Positions 25,838 to 34,423 of a stretch of 64,000 bases of DNA are shown here, piece by piece; positions within the stretch are counted from its first letter, which is position 1; every line of letters starts with the position of its first letter. The DNA is from Terriglobales bacterium (GTDB taxonomy: Bacteria; Acidobacteriota; Terriglobia; Terriglobales; Acidobacteriaceae), in NCBI GenBank assembly GCA_037442635.1, contig JBBIPV010000011.1, positions 11,636 through 75,635 of the forward strand, in the 5' to 3' direction. The notes under the pieces are model-generated. The model saw only the letters and a program-made list of their open reading frames with translations, had not been told where the DNA came from and made no database searches. A program made the position numbers and the translations under genes.

Positions 25838-26836
25838 TCATGAAGAGGCTGCGGTCCGTTCGAGCTGGCGCAACTGCGTCGGCTCGCCCATGGCGATGAG
25901 GCAATCGTCGGGCTCAATGCGCTCGTCGGGCGCGGGATTAAAGCGCATGCTCTCGCGCCGCTTGATGGCCAGCACGATCACGCCGCGCTCCTGCCGGATG
26001 CGCGAACTCTCGATCGTTTTGCCGGCAAACACCGACTTGCCGGTGATCTGAATTTCGCCGATTTCGAGGTCTATGCCGAGATGGGTGGTTGCCGTGTCGA
26101 GAAAACTGACCACGTGCGGACGGAGCAGTGACTGCGCGATGCGCTGCCCGGCGAACGAATAAGGCGAGACCACAGAATCCGCTCCCGCTGTGAGCAGATG
26201 CTTTTCCGCCCCGTCTTCGCTGGCCCGGGCGATGATCTTCAGATGCGGATTCAGCCCGCGCGCGGTCAACACGATGTAGAGATTGGTCGCGTCGGTGGTA
26301 GTGGCGGCGATCAACCCGCGCGCCCGCTCGATCTGCGCCTGGCGCAGGGTCTGCTCCTGGGTCGCGTCGCCGGTAATGACCAGCCAGTTTTCGCTGGCGT
26401 AGCGTTGCAGCTTGGCCTCGGCGCTTTCGATGATCACGAAGGGCACCGGCTTGCGCGCGAGTTCGCGCGCTACGCTGCGTCCGACCCGTCCCATGCCGCA
26501 GATGATGTAGTGGCCGTCGAGACGTCCGATTTCGCGCTCCATGCGCCGCCTTCCGAAGAAGCTCTGCAGCTCGAATTCTAACAAAGCCTGGCTGAGCGCC
26601 CCGACTCCCAACAGCAGCAGCGACACGCCTGACAGAATCACAAACACATTGAAGACGCGGCCGGCGTGCGAGAGCGGATGCACTTCCTGATAGCCGATGG
26701 TGGTCAGCGTCGTGATCACCATGTAGAAGCCGTCGAACCAGGGCCAGCCTTCGATGTAGTGATAGCCCGCCGTGCCCGCGGCCATAATCGCCAGCAGGAA
26801 AGCTCCGATGACGCGCAGATTGCGGAAGGCCTTCAT
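25838..26836 (-). CDS. two-TM ion channel with RCK (TrkA-N / TrkA-C) domains, potassium-channel-like
   Basis: Pore region TTLTTIGYQE, with Q in place of the second G of TxGYG. Rossmann motif ICGMGRVGRSV. The ATG at 26836 avoids the heptamer array that the longer TTG ORF would translate. Confidence 0.75.
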   Translation of the reverse strand: MKAFRNLRVIGAFLLAIMAAGTAGYHYIEGWPWFDGFYMVITTLTTIGYQEVHPLSHAGRVFNVFVILSGVSLLLLGVGALSQALLEFELQSFFGRRRMEREIGRLDGHYIICGMGRVGRSVARELARKPVPFVIIESAEAKLQRYASENWLVITGDATQEQTLRQAQIERARGLIAATTTDATNLYIVLTARGLNPHLKIIARASEDGAEKHLLTAGADSVVSPYSFAGQRIAQSLLRPHVVSFLDTATTHLGIDLEIGEIQITGKSVFAGKTIESSRIRQERGVIVLAIKRRESMRFNPAPDERIEPDDCLIAMGEPTQLRQLERTAASS

Positions 26837-26841
26837 ACAGT

Positions 26842-26910
26842 CGTTGGCCGTTGGTCGCTTGTCGTTGGCTAACAACCGGCAGAGTCACAGCCAACGACCA
26901 ACGACCGACT
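26842..26910. repeat. heptanucleotide tandem-repeat palindrome (unit CGTTGGY / RCCAACG)
   Basis: cgttggc cgttggt cgcttgt cgttggc, then a 20-nt spacer, then gccaacg accaacg accgact. Confidence 0.85.
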
Positions 26911-26967
26911 ATAAAACAAAATGGCCCTCCGCGCTGTGCGGAGGGCCACAGAGCCATCAGCCGATCA

Positions 26968-28572
26968 TCATCTTTTCGGCGAATTTGCCGCGGCCAGCGC
27001 CTGCACACGGCTGTGCTTCTGGCCGTAGCTGAAGTATACAAAGAGTCCGATCACCAGCCAGATGATCAGCCGGGCCCAGTTCACCCAGCCCAGCTTGTAC
27101 ATCATGTAACCGTTCGAGATCACGCCAAGAATCGGCACCAGCGGCACCCAGGGCGTGCGGAACGGGCGGGGCTGGGTGGGGTTCGTCCGCCGCAGCACCA
27201 ACACGGAAATCGACACGATCACAAACGCCAGCAGCGTGCCAATGTTGACCATCTTGCCGATATCGTCAATCGGGGTCAGGCTGCCCACAATCGCCGCCAG
27301 CAGGCCGACCAGAATCGTGTTCTTCCAGGGCGTGCGGAACTTCGGATGAACATCGGCAAAAAAGGTCTTCGGCAGCAGGCCGTCATTGGCCATCGAGTAG
27401 AGAACGCGCGTCTGCCCGAGCAGCATGACCAGCATCACGCTCGTGAGTCCAGCCAGAGCGCCAAGAGTGATGATGTGTGAGGCCGTGGAAAGTCCCCGGT
27501 CCAGGAAAGCGCGGGCCACCGGCGCTTCAATGTTGATCTGCTGCCAGTGCACCATCCCGGTTAGCACCCCGGCCACCGCAATGTAGAGGACCGTACAAAT
27601 CGCCAGCGAGGCGATCATGCCAATCGGCAAGTCTCGCTGCGGATTCTTAGCCTCCTGCGCCGTGGTTGAGACGGCGTCGAAGCCAATGTAGGCGAAAAAT
27701 ATGTAGGCGGCGCCAGCTCCGATCCCGGCGAAGCCGTTGGGCGCATACGAGTGCCAGTCCGTGCCCCAGTTGCCGGCATTGATATAGCGCGCGCCCAGGG
27801 CGATCACGAAGAGCACCACGGCCACTTTGATGGTGACGATCGCCGCGTTGAAGCGCGCGCTCTCTTTGATGCCGATCACCAGAATCGCGGTGATCACCAG
27901 CGCGATAATGAACGCTGGAAGGTTCAAGCCGATTTCCATTCCGAACAGGTGCGGCGCGCCCAGCAAATCGTGCGCCCGCTGCAGCAACTCAGGAGACTGG
28001 GCACTGATTATCGCGCTCACTTTGTCCAGAAAAGCCTGCGAGCCAGCGACCAGGGAAGGATCCGATGCCTGCGCGATCTCCCGGGCCACAATGTTTTCCG
28101 CGGTTTTCAGCGCGGTCCAGTGGTCGTAGGCCAGCCACAGCGGCATCTTGATATGGAAGATATTCAGCAGTTCGATGAAGTGGTTCGACCAACCGGAAGA
28201 GACCGTGCTCGCGCCCATGGCGTATTCGAGGGTCAGGTCCCAGCCGATGATCCAGGCCAGCAGTTCGCCCAGCGTGGCATAGGCGTAGGTATAGGCGCTG
28301 CCGGCCAGCGGAATCATGGCGGCGAACTCCGCGTAGCACAGGCCGGCAAACGCGCATCCCAGTCCGGACAACACGAACGACAACGTCAGACCCGGACCGG
28401 CATACTGCGCGCCCAGTCCGACCATGACAAAAATGCCGGCGCCGATGATGGCACCCACGCCGAGTGCGGTGAGTTGAAAGACGCCTAACGTTCGCTTCAG
28501 GCTGTGCTCGCCCGTCTCACGGGCCTCTTCCATGAGCAGATTCAGCGGCTTGGTTGCCAGCAGATTTGCCAT
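26968..28572 (-). CDS. APC-family amino acid permease (cationic amino acid transporter-like)
   Basis: The ATG at 28572 follows AAGGAG and gives MANLLATKPLNLLMEE.... About 12-14 TM segments and a GAGIFV motif. Confidence 0.85.
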   Translation of the reverse strand: MANLLATKPLNLLMEEARETGEHSLKRTLGVFQLTALGVGAIIGAGIFVMVGLGAQYAGPGLTLSFVLSGLGCAFAGLCYAEFAAMIPLAGSAYTYAYATLGELLAWIIGWDLTLEYAMGASTVSSGWSNHFIELLNIFHIKMPLWLAYDHWTALKTAENIVAREIAQASDPSLVAGSQAFLDKVSAIISAQSPELLQRAHDLLGAPHLFGMEIGLNLPAFIIALVITAILVIGIKESARFNAAIVTIKVAVVLFVIALGARYINAGNWGTDWHSYAPNGFAGIGAGAAYIFFAYIGFDAVSTTAQEAKNPQRDLPIGMIASLAICTVLYIAVAGVLTGMVHWQQINIEAPVARAFLDRGLSTASHIITLGALAGLTSVMLVMLLGQTRVLYSMANDGLLPKTFFADVHPKFRTPWKNTILVGLLAAIVGSLTPIDDIGKMVNIGTLLAFVIVSISVLVLRRTNPTQPRPFRTPWVPLVPILGVISNGYMMYKLGWVNWARLIIWLVIGLFVYFSYGQKHSRVQALAAANSPKR

Positions 28573-28594
28573 CCGTTTGGATTCTCCTTGATCG

Positions 28595-30061
28595 CTACGC
28601 GGCAGCGCGCCGCCGCGCACTGCGCGACCACGCGTAATAGACTGGAATCCCCAGCAGCACCACAATCAGTCCCGGCCACGTGTACTTCGGCTTGTAGCGC
28701 AATAGTACGACATCAATGAATAAAGCCATCACAATATAAATCGCCGGCAGTACCGGATAGCCAACCGCCCGGTAGGGCCGCTCGGCGCCGGGATGCGTCC
28801 GCCGCAGCACGAACAGCCCCACAATCGTCAAAATGTAGAACAGCAGCACCGCGAAAATGATGTAGTCGAGCAACTGGCCGTAGCTGCCGGAAATGCACAG
28901 CACGCAGGTCCACACCATCTGCACCATCAGCGAAACCGCCGGGGTCTTGTACTTAGGATGCAGTTTGGCGACCTTGCGGAAGAACAGGCCGTCTTTGGCC
29001 ATGGCGTAATAGACGCGGGCGCCCGAGAGAATCAGCCCGTTATTGCAGCCGAAGCCGGAAATCATGATGGCCGCCGCCATCAGGAGTCCGCCGGCGGAGC
29101 CGAACATCTGGGTCATCACCGCCGTCCCGACGCGATCTTCGGCGGCATGCTTGATGCCTCGGGCAAGAACGGTGGTACCGCCCTCGACGCCGTCCAGCGG
29201 CAGCGCGCTCAGGTAAATAAAGTTGCAGGCGATGTAGAGCGCGATCACCACGCCCGTGCCCATGGCCAGCGACAGAGGCAGATTGCGGCTGGGATTCTTC
29301 ACTTCCCCGGCAGTAAACGTCACGTTGTTCCACGCGTCGGCGGAAAAGAGCGATCCAACCTGAGCCACGGCAAGAATGGTCAGCGTTCCAACCATCACGA
29401 TGGGACCGCCCACGCCGACCTGCACCGCATGCTGGGCGCTCAGCCCGGCGTTATGCCAGAAGTTGCCGCCGAAATTGGCGGCCAGCGCTTGCGCGTTGCG
29501 GCCGAGCGCCGCACCGAAGAGCGCGAGTCCCAGAAGAGCGCAGACTTTGGCCGCTGTAAACACGTTCTGAATCGCCGCGCCGGTTTTCACGCCAAAGATG
29601 TTGACGATGGAAAGGAAAATCACCAGCAGAATCGCCATCAGATTCTGGGTATTGATGCCCACATCCATGTTGCCCAGCACCATGGGCCCGATGGGAATCG
29701 GCGGCACCTTCCACAGATGCAGAATCCAGTGGGAGGAAGAAATCGAGGGAAAGAAAACGCCGAGGAACTTGCCAAACGCCACACCCACCGCGGCAATCGT
29801 GCCGGTCTGGATTACCAGAAACAGCGTCCAGCCGTAAAGAAAACCCCAGAGCGGCCCCAGCGACTCGCGCAGATACACATACTGGCCGCCTGCGCGCGGC
29901 ATCATGGCCGCCAGTTCGCCGTAGCTGAGCGCGGCCACAATGGTCATGAACCCAGCGACGGCCCAGGCGCCAATCAGCAGCGCGGGCGAATCCACTTCGC
30001 GGCCGATCTCCGCCGAAACAATAAAGATGCCGGAACCGATCATCGAGCCGATGACCAGCAT
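28595..30061 (-). CDS. APC-family amino acid permease; annotated start probably truncates TM1
   Basis: The ORF starts MLVIGSMIGSGIF, in the middle of the conserved TM1 motif. The frame is open a further 51 codons upstream but contains no ATG, GTG or TTG. Confidence 0.75.
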   Translation of the reverse strand: MLVIGSMIGSGIFIVSAEIGREVDSPALLIGAWAVAGFMTIVAALSYGELAAMMPRAGGQYVYLRESLGPLWGFLYGWTLFLVIQTGTIAAVGVAFGKFLGVFFPSISSSHWILHLWKVPPIPIGPMVLGNMDVGINTQNLMAILLVIFLSIVNIFGVKTGAAIQNVFTAAKVCALLGLALFGAALGRNAQALAANFGGNFWHNAGLSAQHAVQVGVGGPIVMVGTLTILAVAQVGSLFSADAWNNVTFTAGEVKNPSRNLPLSLAMGTGVVIALYIACNFIYLSALPLDGVEGGTTVLARGIKHAAEDRVGTAVMTQMFGSAGGLLMAAAIMISGFGCNNGLILSGARVYYAMAKDGLFFRKVAKLHPKYKTPAVSLMVQMVWTCVLCISGSYGQLLDYIIFAVLLFYILTIVGLFVLRRTHPGAERPYRAVGYPVLPAIYIVMALFIDVVLLRYKPKYTWPGLIVVLLGIPVYYAWSRSARRRAAA

Positions 30062-30172
30062 GGTGGCGCTGGTCAGGCCCAGGCCTTTGACCAGTTCCTG
30101 ATCCTGGTGGCTGTGAATCTCCCAGTCGCTGGCTGCCGGCGGCTGCGGTTTCGGTGTGCTCAGGAGTGGCTC

Positions 30173-30214
30173 CTTGTCGTTGGTCTTCGGTCTTTGGTCG
30201 TCGGTCTTTGGTCG
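30173..30214. repeat. heptanucleotide tandem repeat (unit TYGGTCK), including a perfect 14-nt duplication
   Basis: cttgtcg ttggtct tcggtct ttggtcg tcggtct ttggtcg. Confidence 0.85.
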
Positions 30215-30228
30215 TCAGCTAACTCACT

Positions 30229-30340
30229 TTGTCATCCTGAGGAGGGCGCCTTTTGCCCGACGAAGGACCTATGCAGTTAGCCGGCACCATCCCCACCGCC
30301 GGCAAACTTCACAGGTCCTTCGCTTCGCTCAGGATGACAA
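30229..30340. repeat. 112-bp palindromic (MITE/REP-like) element
   Basis: Outer 13-bp stem ttgtcatcctgag / ctcaggatgacaa. Inner 10-bp stem cgaaggacct / aggtccttcg. Confidence 0.8.
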
Positions 30341-30372
30341 TCGAAAAACGAATATTCGAATGCCTGAGAACT

Positions 30373-30987
30373 TTACCCTAATATCCGGAAAAATTCCTCT
30401 GCTGATTTGCGCGGATCCCGTAACAAATCAGATATCACCGCGACCGAATCGGCCCCGGCCTCGATCACCGAGGCTGCGTTGGCCCGGGTGATCCCTCCGA
30501 TGGCGACCAGAGGTTTCCGCGTCAAAGCCCGCGCCCGGCGCACGCCTTCGAGGCCCACCACGGGGTCCGGCCTCTCTTTGCTCGAGGTGGCAAACACCGG
30601 CCCGATGGCGAGATAGTCGGCCGAAGTCAAATCAGCCTCGCGCAGTTGCTCGGGATTGTGGGTTGAGACCCCCAGCCAGCGGTCAGGACCGATAATCGCA
30701 CGCACCGATTCCGGCGACAAATCCTCCTGTCCCACGTGCACGCCGTCGAACTCAGCAGCCAAGCACAAGTCGGCCCGGTCATTCATGATCAGCCGCACAG
30801 ACGTGCTGACACATTTCTTAAGTTCCCGCGCCTGCTCCAGCATGAGGCGGGCGTCGCCTGACTTATTGCGGTATTGCAGCAGGGTGCAACCGCCGGCTAC
30901 CAGATTTTCGGCAAATGCAAGCAGTTCCGATGTCGTCGGCAAAAACGCAGTATCCGCGATGCAATAAAGGCGAGGAAGCTGAGTCAT
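30373..30987 (-). CDS. thiE: thiamine-phosphate synthase ThiE
   Basis: The ATG at 30987 gives MTQLPRLYCIAD.... Motifs LLQYRNK, GVHVGQEDL and AIGGI. Confidence 0.85.
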   Translation of the reverse strand: MTQLPRLYCIADTAFLPTTSELLAFAENLVAGGCTLLQYRNKSGDARLMLEQARELKKCVSTSVRLIMNDRADLCLAAEFDGVHVGQEDLSPESVRAIIGPDRWLGVSTHNPEQLREADLTSADYLAIGPVFATSSKERPDPVVGLEGVRRARALTRKPLVAIGGITRANAASVIEAGADSVAVISDLLRDPRKSAEEFFRILG

Positions 30988-31008
30988 TCGGCTACAGCCT
31001 GTTCCTAT

Positions 31009-31052
31009 TTCGTATCGCTGACGGCATCGCTGAAGCGATGCCCTGATACGAA
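31009..31052. repeat. REP-like composite hairpin with TGAA loop
   Basis: ttcgtatc ... ggcatcgc TGAA gcgatgcc ... gatacgaa. Confidence 0.7.
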
Positions 31053-31101
31053 TCCTGCTTGACGCCTCCAATGGGCGACGCTCAATAAACCCAACAGGGT
31101 A

Positions 31102-32454
31102 CTAGCCAGCATTTTTCTTCAGGAAGCGCTCAATAAATCCCGTATCGAAGTTCCCCGCCCGGAAGTCCGGGTCTGCCAGAATCTTGCGGTGCAGCGGGAT
31201 GGTCGTGTACACGCCCTCGACGATGAACATCTCCAGCGCGCGCGACATGCGCGAAACGGCTTCGTTGCGGTCTTTGCCGCGCACCACCAGTTTGGCGATC
31301 AGCGAGTCGTAATAGGGCGGGATCACGCCCTCGGCGTAGGCCGCCGTGTCCACGCGCACGCCGGTCCCGCCCGGCGGGTGAAAGGCTGTAATCTTCCCTG
31401 CCGACGGCGTGAACTTCTCCGGATGCTCGGCGTTGATGCGGCATTCGATCGAATGCCCGCGATGCACGATCGGCCCCAGCAGCACGTCGCGCATGTTCGC
31501 CCCGGCGGCAATCATAATCTGGCTTTTCACCAGGTCCACGTCGGTAACCATTTCGGTCACGGGATGCTCCACCTGAATGCGCGTGTTCATCTCGATGAAG
31601 TGCAAGCGGCGATCCCGGTCCATCAGGAACTCAATCGTCCCCGCGTTGGTGTAACCGATCGCCGCCAGCGACTGGCACAGGACCGCACCAATTTGATCGC
31701 GCAGTTCCGGACTGACCTGGGTCGAAGGAGATTCCTCCAGAAGCTTCTGATGGCGGCGCTGGATCGAGCATTCGCGCTCGCCCAGGCTGACCACGTTGCC
31801 GTGCTCATCGGCCAGCACCTGAAACTCGATGTGGCGGGGATGCTCCACGTACTTCTCCATGTAGAGATCGCCGTTGCCGAAGGCGCCGGCGGCCTCCGAT
31901 TGCGCAGCTTTGAACAATCCAGGCAATTCTTCCGCGCTGCGGACGATGCGCATGCCGCGTCCGCCGCCGCCTGCCGATGCCTTGACGATCACCGGGAAGC
32001 CGACCTGCCGCGCCCACTCGATCGCTTCGCCGTCCGTCGCGACAATGCCGTCCGATCCCGGAAGAATCGGCACGCCGGCCTGCTTCATGGCGGCACGGGC
32101 CTTTTCCTTCTCGCCCATCAGCCGCGTCACTTCCGGCCGCGGGCCGATGAATTTGATGCCGCTGGTCTCGCAGACTTCGGCGAAGTTGGCGTTTTCCGCC
32201 AGCAGCCCGTAGCCGGGATGGATGGCTTCGACGTTGGCGATCTCGGCGGCGCTGATCACCGCGGGAATGTTGAGATAGCTTTGCGCCAGTTGCGGCGGCC
32301 CGATGCAGATGGCCTCGTCGGAAAAGCGCACGTGCAGGGAATTGCGGTCGGCCTCGCTGTAGATGGCCACGGTGCGAATGCCCAGCTCCTTGCAGGCGCA
32401 AATCACGCGCAGGGCGATCTCTCCGCGGTTGGCGATCAGAATTTTCTTGAACAT
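31102..32454 (-). CDS. accC: acetyl-CoA carboxylase biotin carboxylase subunit AccC
   Basis: [18 protein letters not shown]-terminus from the ATG at 32454. ATP-grasp motifs run throughout. Confidence 0.95.
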   Translation of the reverse strand: MFKKILIANRGEIALRVICACKELGIRTVAIYSEADRNSLHVRFSDEAICIGPPQLAQSYLNIPAVISAAEIANVEAIHPGYGLLAENANFAEVCETSGIKFIGPRPEVTRLMGEKEKARAAMKQAGVPILPGSDGIVATDGEAIEWARQVGFPVIVKASAGGGGRGMRIVRSAEELPGLFKAAQSEAAGAFGNGDLYMEKYVEHPRHIEFQVLADEHGNVVSLGERECSIQRRHQKLLEESPSTQVSPELRDQIGAVLCQSLAAIGYTNAGTIEFLMDRDRRLHFIEMNTRIQVEHPVTEMVTDVDLVKSQIMIAAGANMRDVLLGPIVHRGHSIECRINAEHPEKFTPSAGKITAFHPPGGTGVRVDTAAYAEGVIPPYYDSLIAKLVVRGKDRNEAVSRMSRALEMFIVEGVYTTIPLHRKILADPDFRAGNFDTGFIERFLKKNAG

Positions 32455-32466
32455 GAGCAAGTTACA

Positions 32467-32577
32467 GCGATGAGCTATGAGCCGTGGGCGATGAGCAGTG
32501 AGCCGGCGGTTACGATTGCATCAGTCCTGGTTTGTCCGCTCATCGCTCAGTGCTCATTGCTCATCGCTCACTGCTTC
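32467..32577. repeat. heptanucleotide tandem-repeat palindrome between accB and accC (unit GCNRTGA / TCAYNGC)
   Basis: Left arm: gcgatga gctatga gccgtgg gcgatga gcagtga gccggcg. After a 27-nt spacer, right arm: ccgctca tcgctca gtgctca ttgctca tcgctca ctgcttc. Confidence 0.9.
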
Positions 32578-32584
32578 CAAACGC

Positions 32585-32607
32585 AAAAAAGGCGCGGCTA
32601 TGCGCGC
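32585..32607 (-). terminator. terminator-like GC hairpin plus U6 directly after accB
   Basis: Minus strand reads ...gcgcgcatagccgcgccTTTTTTgcg, about 20 nt after the accB stop. Confidence 0.35.
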
Positions 32608-32627
32608 TCTAAAGAAAGTCCGGAGTT

Positions 32628-33134
32628 TCACTTCTTCGGCCTTATCACAAACAGTTCCTGGCCGTACTCAATGGGCTGGCCGTTGGTGGCCAGTTTCTTG
32701 ACGATTTCCCCGGCCACATCCGACTCAATCTCGTTGAGCAGCTTCATGGCCTCGACGATGCAGAGCACCTGCCCGACTTCGACCGAGTCGCCAGCCTTGA
32801 CGAACGGCGGAGCTCCGGGCGAGGGCGCTTCGTAGAACGTACCCACAATCGGGGACTTCACCGTATGCAGGCCTTCTTCCGGGGCAGGCCCGGCGCCGGC
32901 TGGCGGGGACGCGCCCGAAGGCTGCAATCCGGCGCCGACGGCAACTCCGTTCTCGACGGTTGCGCCGGGAGCCGGGGGCACGGCGAAGAAGCGCGGCTCG
33001 CCATGAGCCTGGACAACCGTGTGCTCCCCAGCCCGCTTGATGCGCACCTTGACGTCACCGCGTTCCAATTCGAACTCGGCAATATCCTTTTCGATCAGGA
33101 ACTCGATCAGTTCTTTCAGCTCTTTTTGATTCAT
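32628..33134 (-). CDS. accB: acetyl-CoA carboxylase biotin carboxyl carrier protein AccB
   Basis: The ATG at 33134 gives MNQKELKELIEFL. Pro/Ala linker. Biotinylation motif CIVEAMKLLNEI. Confidence 0.9.
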   Translation of the reverse strand: MNQKELKELIEFLIEKDIAEFELERGDVKVRIKRAGEHTVVQAHGEPRFFAVPPAPGATVENGVAVGAGLQPSGASPPAGAGPAPEEGLHTVKSPIVGTFYEAPSPGAPPFVKAGDSVEVGQVLCIVEAMKLLNEIESDVAGEIVKKLATNGQPIEYGQELFVIRPKK

Positions 33135-33234
33135 TCGCTTTACGGTGGGACTGCTCGCCAACCTGCCGCGCCCCGCACCGGGACGCGTGAAGAAGCCGGG
33201 GCATTCTCGCAACCGGCTGAAGTTATTAAGAAGA

Positions 33235-34323
33235 CTAGACCGCCAGAAAATCCTTGCTGCCCGGAGTCAGCACCTCGCAGCCGCCGGACGTGACCGCCAC
33301 CATGTCCTCAATTCTCACGCCCCATTTGCCGGGGAAGTATACTCCGGGCTCGATGGTGATGACCATCCCCGGCTGCAGTACCTCTTGGTGTCCGCGGGCC
33401 ACTCGTGGAGCTTCGTGGATCTCAAGGCCGACCCCATGTCCGGTGGAGTGCGTGAAATAGCGGCCTAACCCATGTTTACGCAATACTTTGCGGGCGGCCG
33501 CGTCTACCTCGCCTACCCTGACGCCGGGCCGTACGGCCTGGACCGCCACCTGTTGGGCCTCGCGTACCGCTTCGTAGGCCCGCCGGGCCTCGTGGGGGGC
33601 TTTGCCAAACCACACAGTGCGGGTCTGGTCCGAACAATAAGCAGCGAGTATAACACCGAAGTCGCAGACCACAAACGCGCCCGGCTTGATTAGCTGGTCC
33701 GATGCCCGGGCATGCGGAAGGGCCGAACGCGCGCCCGAGGCGACGATGGTCGGAAACGACATGGCTTCTGCCCCCGCCCGCCGGGCGGCCAGCTCCATTT
33801 CCGCGGCCACCTCAACCTCCTTCACCCCCGGCCGCAGCACTTCGAGCGCCCGATCGAACAGGCGCGCTCCCAGAGCCACAGCCGCGCGGATGCGTTCCAA
33901 CTCGTCGGTGTCTTTGATGAGGCGGAGCCTCTCGACCCGCGATGCGGCCTCTTTCAGCCGCATGCCCGAGGGCAGCAAGTCATTGAGCCGCGTGCGATCG
34001 GCGAGCGTGAAATGCTCGGCTTCCAGGCCGATCACACATCCTCGCGACCGCTTTCTCCTCCGGCCCAGAAATTCCCCGACAGCCTGCAGGATTGACTTGC
34101 GCGCCACCACCACCTTGGCGCCCTTGACCTCCTCGTGCGCCTGCGTGTCGTAGCGGACGTCAGTGAAGAAGACGCTCCCGGCTTCCTCCAGCAGCAGCAA
34201 CCCGGCGCTGCCGGTAAAGCCGCAAAGATATCGGACGTTGGGAAGATGGCTGATCAGGAAATCGTCGGAGCGGGTGGTCGCAAGGTGCTCTCGGAGCTTC
34301 TGCTGGCGCGCCAGGAAATCCAT
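33235..34323 (-). CDS. M24-family Xaa-Pro aminopeptidase
   Basis: The ATG at 34323 gives MDFLARQQKLREHL. Metal-ligand region HSTGHGVGLEIHE. The longer ORF N-terminus (LLIAHCS) is a translated heptamer array. Confidence 0.85.
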   Translation of the reverse strand: MDFLARQQKLREHLATTRSDDFLISHLPNVRYLCGFTGSAGLLLLEEAGSVFFTDVRYDTQAHEEVKGAKVVVARKSILQAVGEFLGRRRKRSRGCVIGLEAEHFTLADRTRLNDLLPSGMRLKEAASRVERLRLIKDTDELERIRAAVALGARLFDRALEVLRPGVKEVEVAAEMELAARRAGAEAMSFPTIVASGARSALPHARASDQLIKPGAFVVCDFGVILAAYCSDQTRTVWFGKAPHEARRAYEAVREAQQVAVQAVRPGVRVGEVDAAARKVLRKHGLGRYFTHSTGHGVGLEIHEAPRVARGHQEVLQPGMVITIEPGVYFPGKWGVRIEDMVAVTSGGCEVLTPGSKDFLAV

Positions 34324-34347
34324 TGCTGGAAGTGTAGCAAGAAAGGA

Positions 34348-34423
34348 GCAATGCGCGATGAGCAGTGAGCCATGAGCGCGCAACCAGCACATGGCTCACC
34401 GCTCATGGCTCGCTGCTCACCGC
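34348..34423. repeat. heptanucleotide tandem-repeat palindrome (unit GCNRTGA / TCANNGC)
   Basis: Left arm: gcaatgc gcgatga gcagtga gccatga gcgcgca. Right arm: tggctca ccgctca tggctcg ctgctca. Confidence 0.9.

Noticed and set aside
30988-31101. Expected TPP riboswitch upstream of thiE.
   Set aside because: The leader contains only a REP-like TGAA hairpin. The CUGAGA and ACCUGAUCUGGAUAAUGCCAGCG-type conserved segments are absent.
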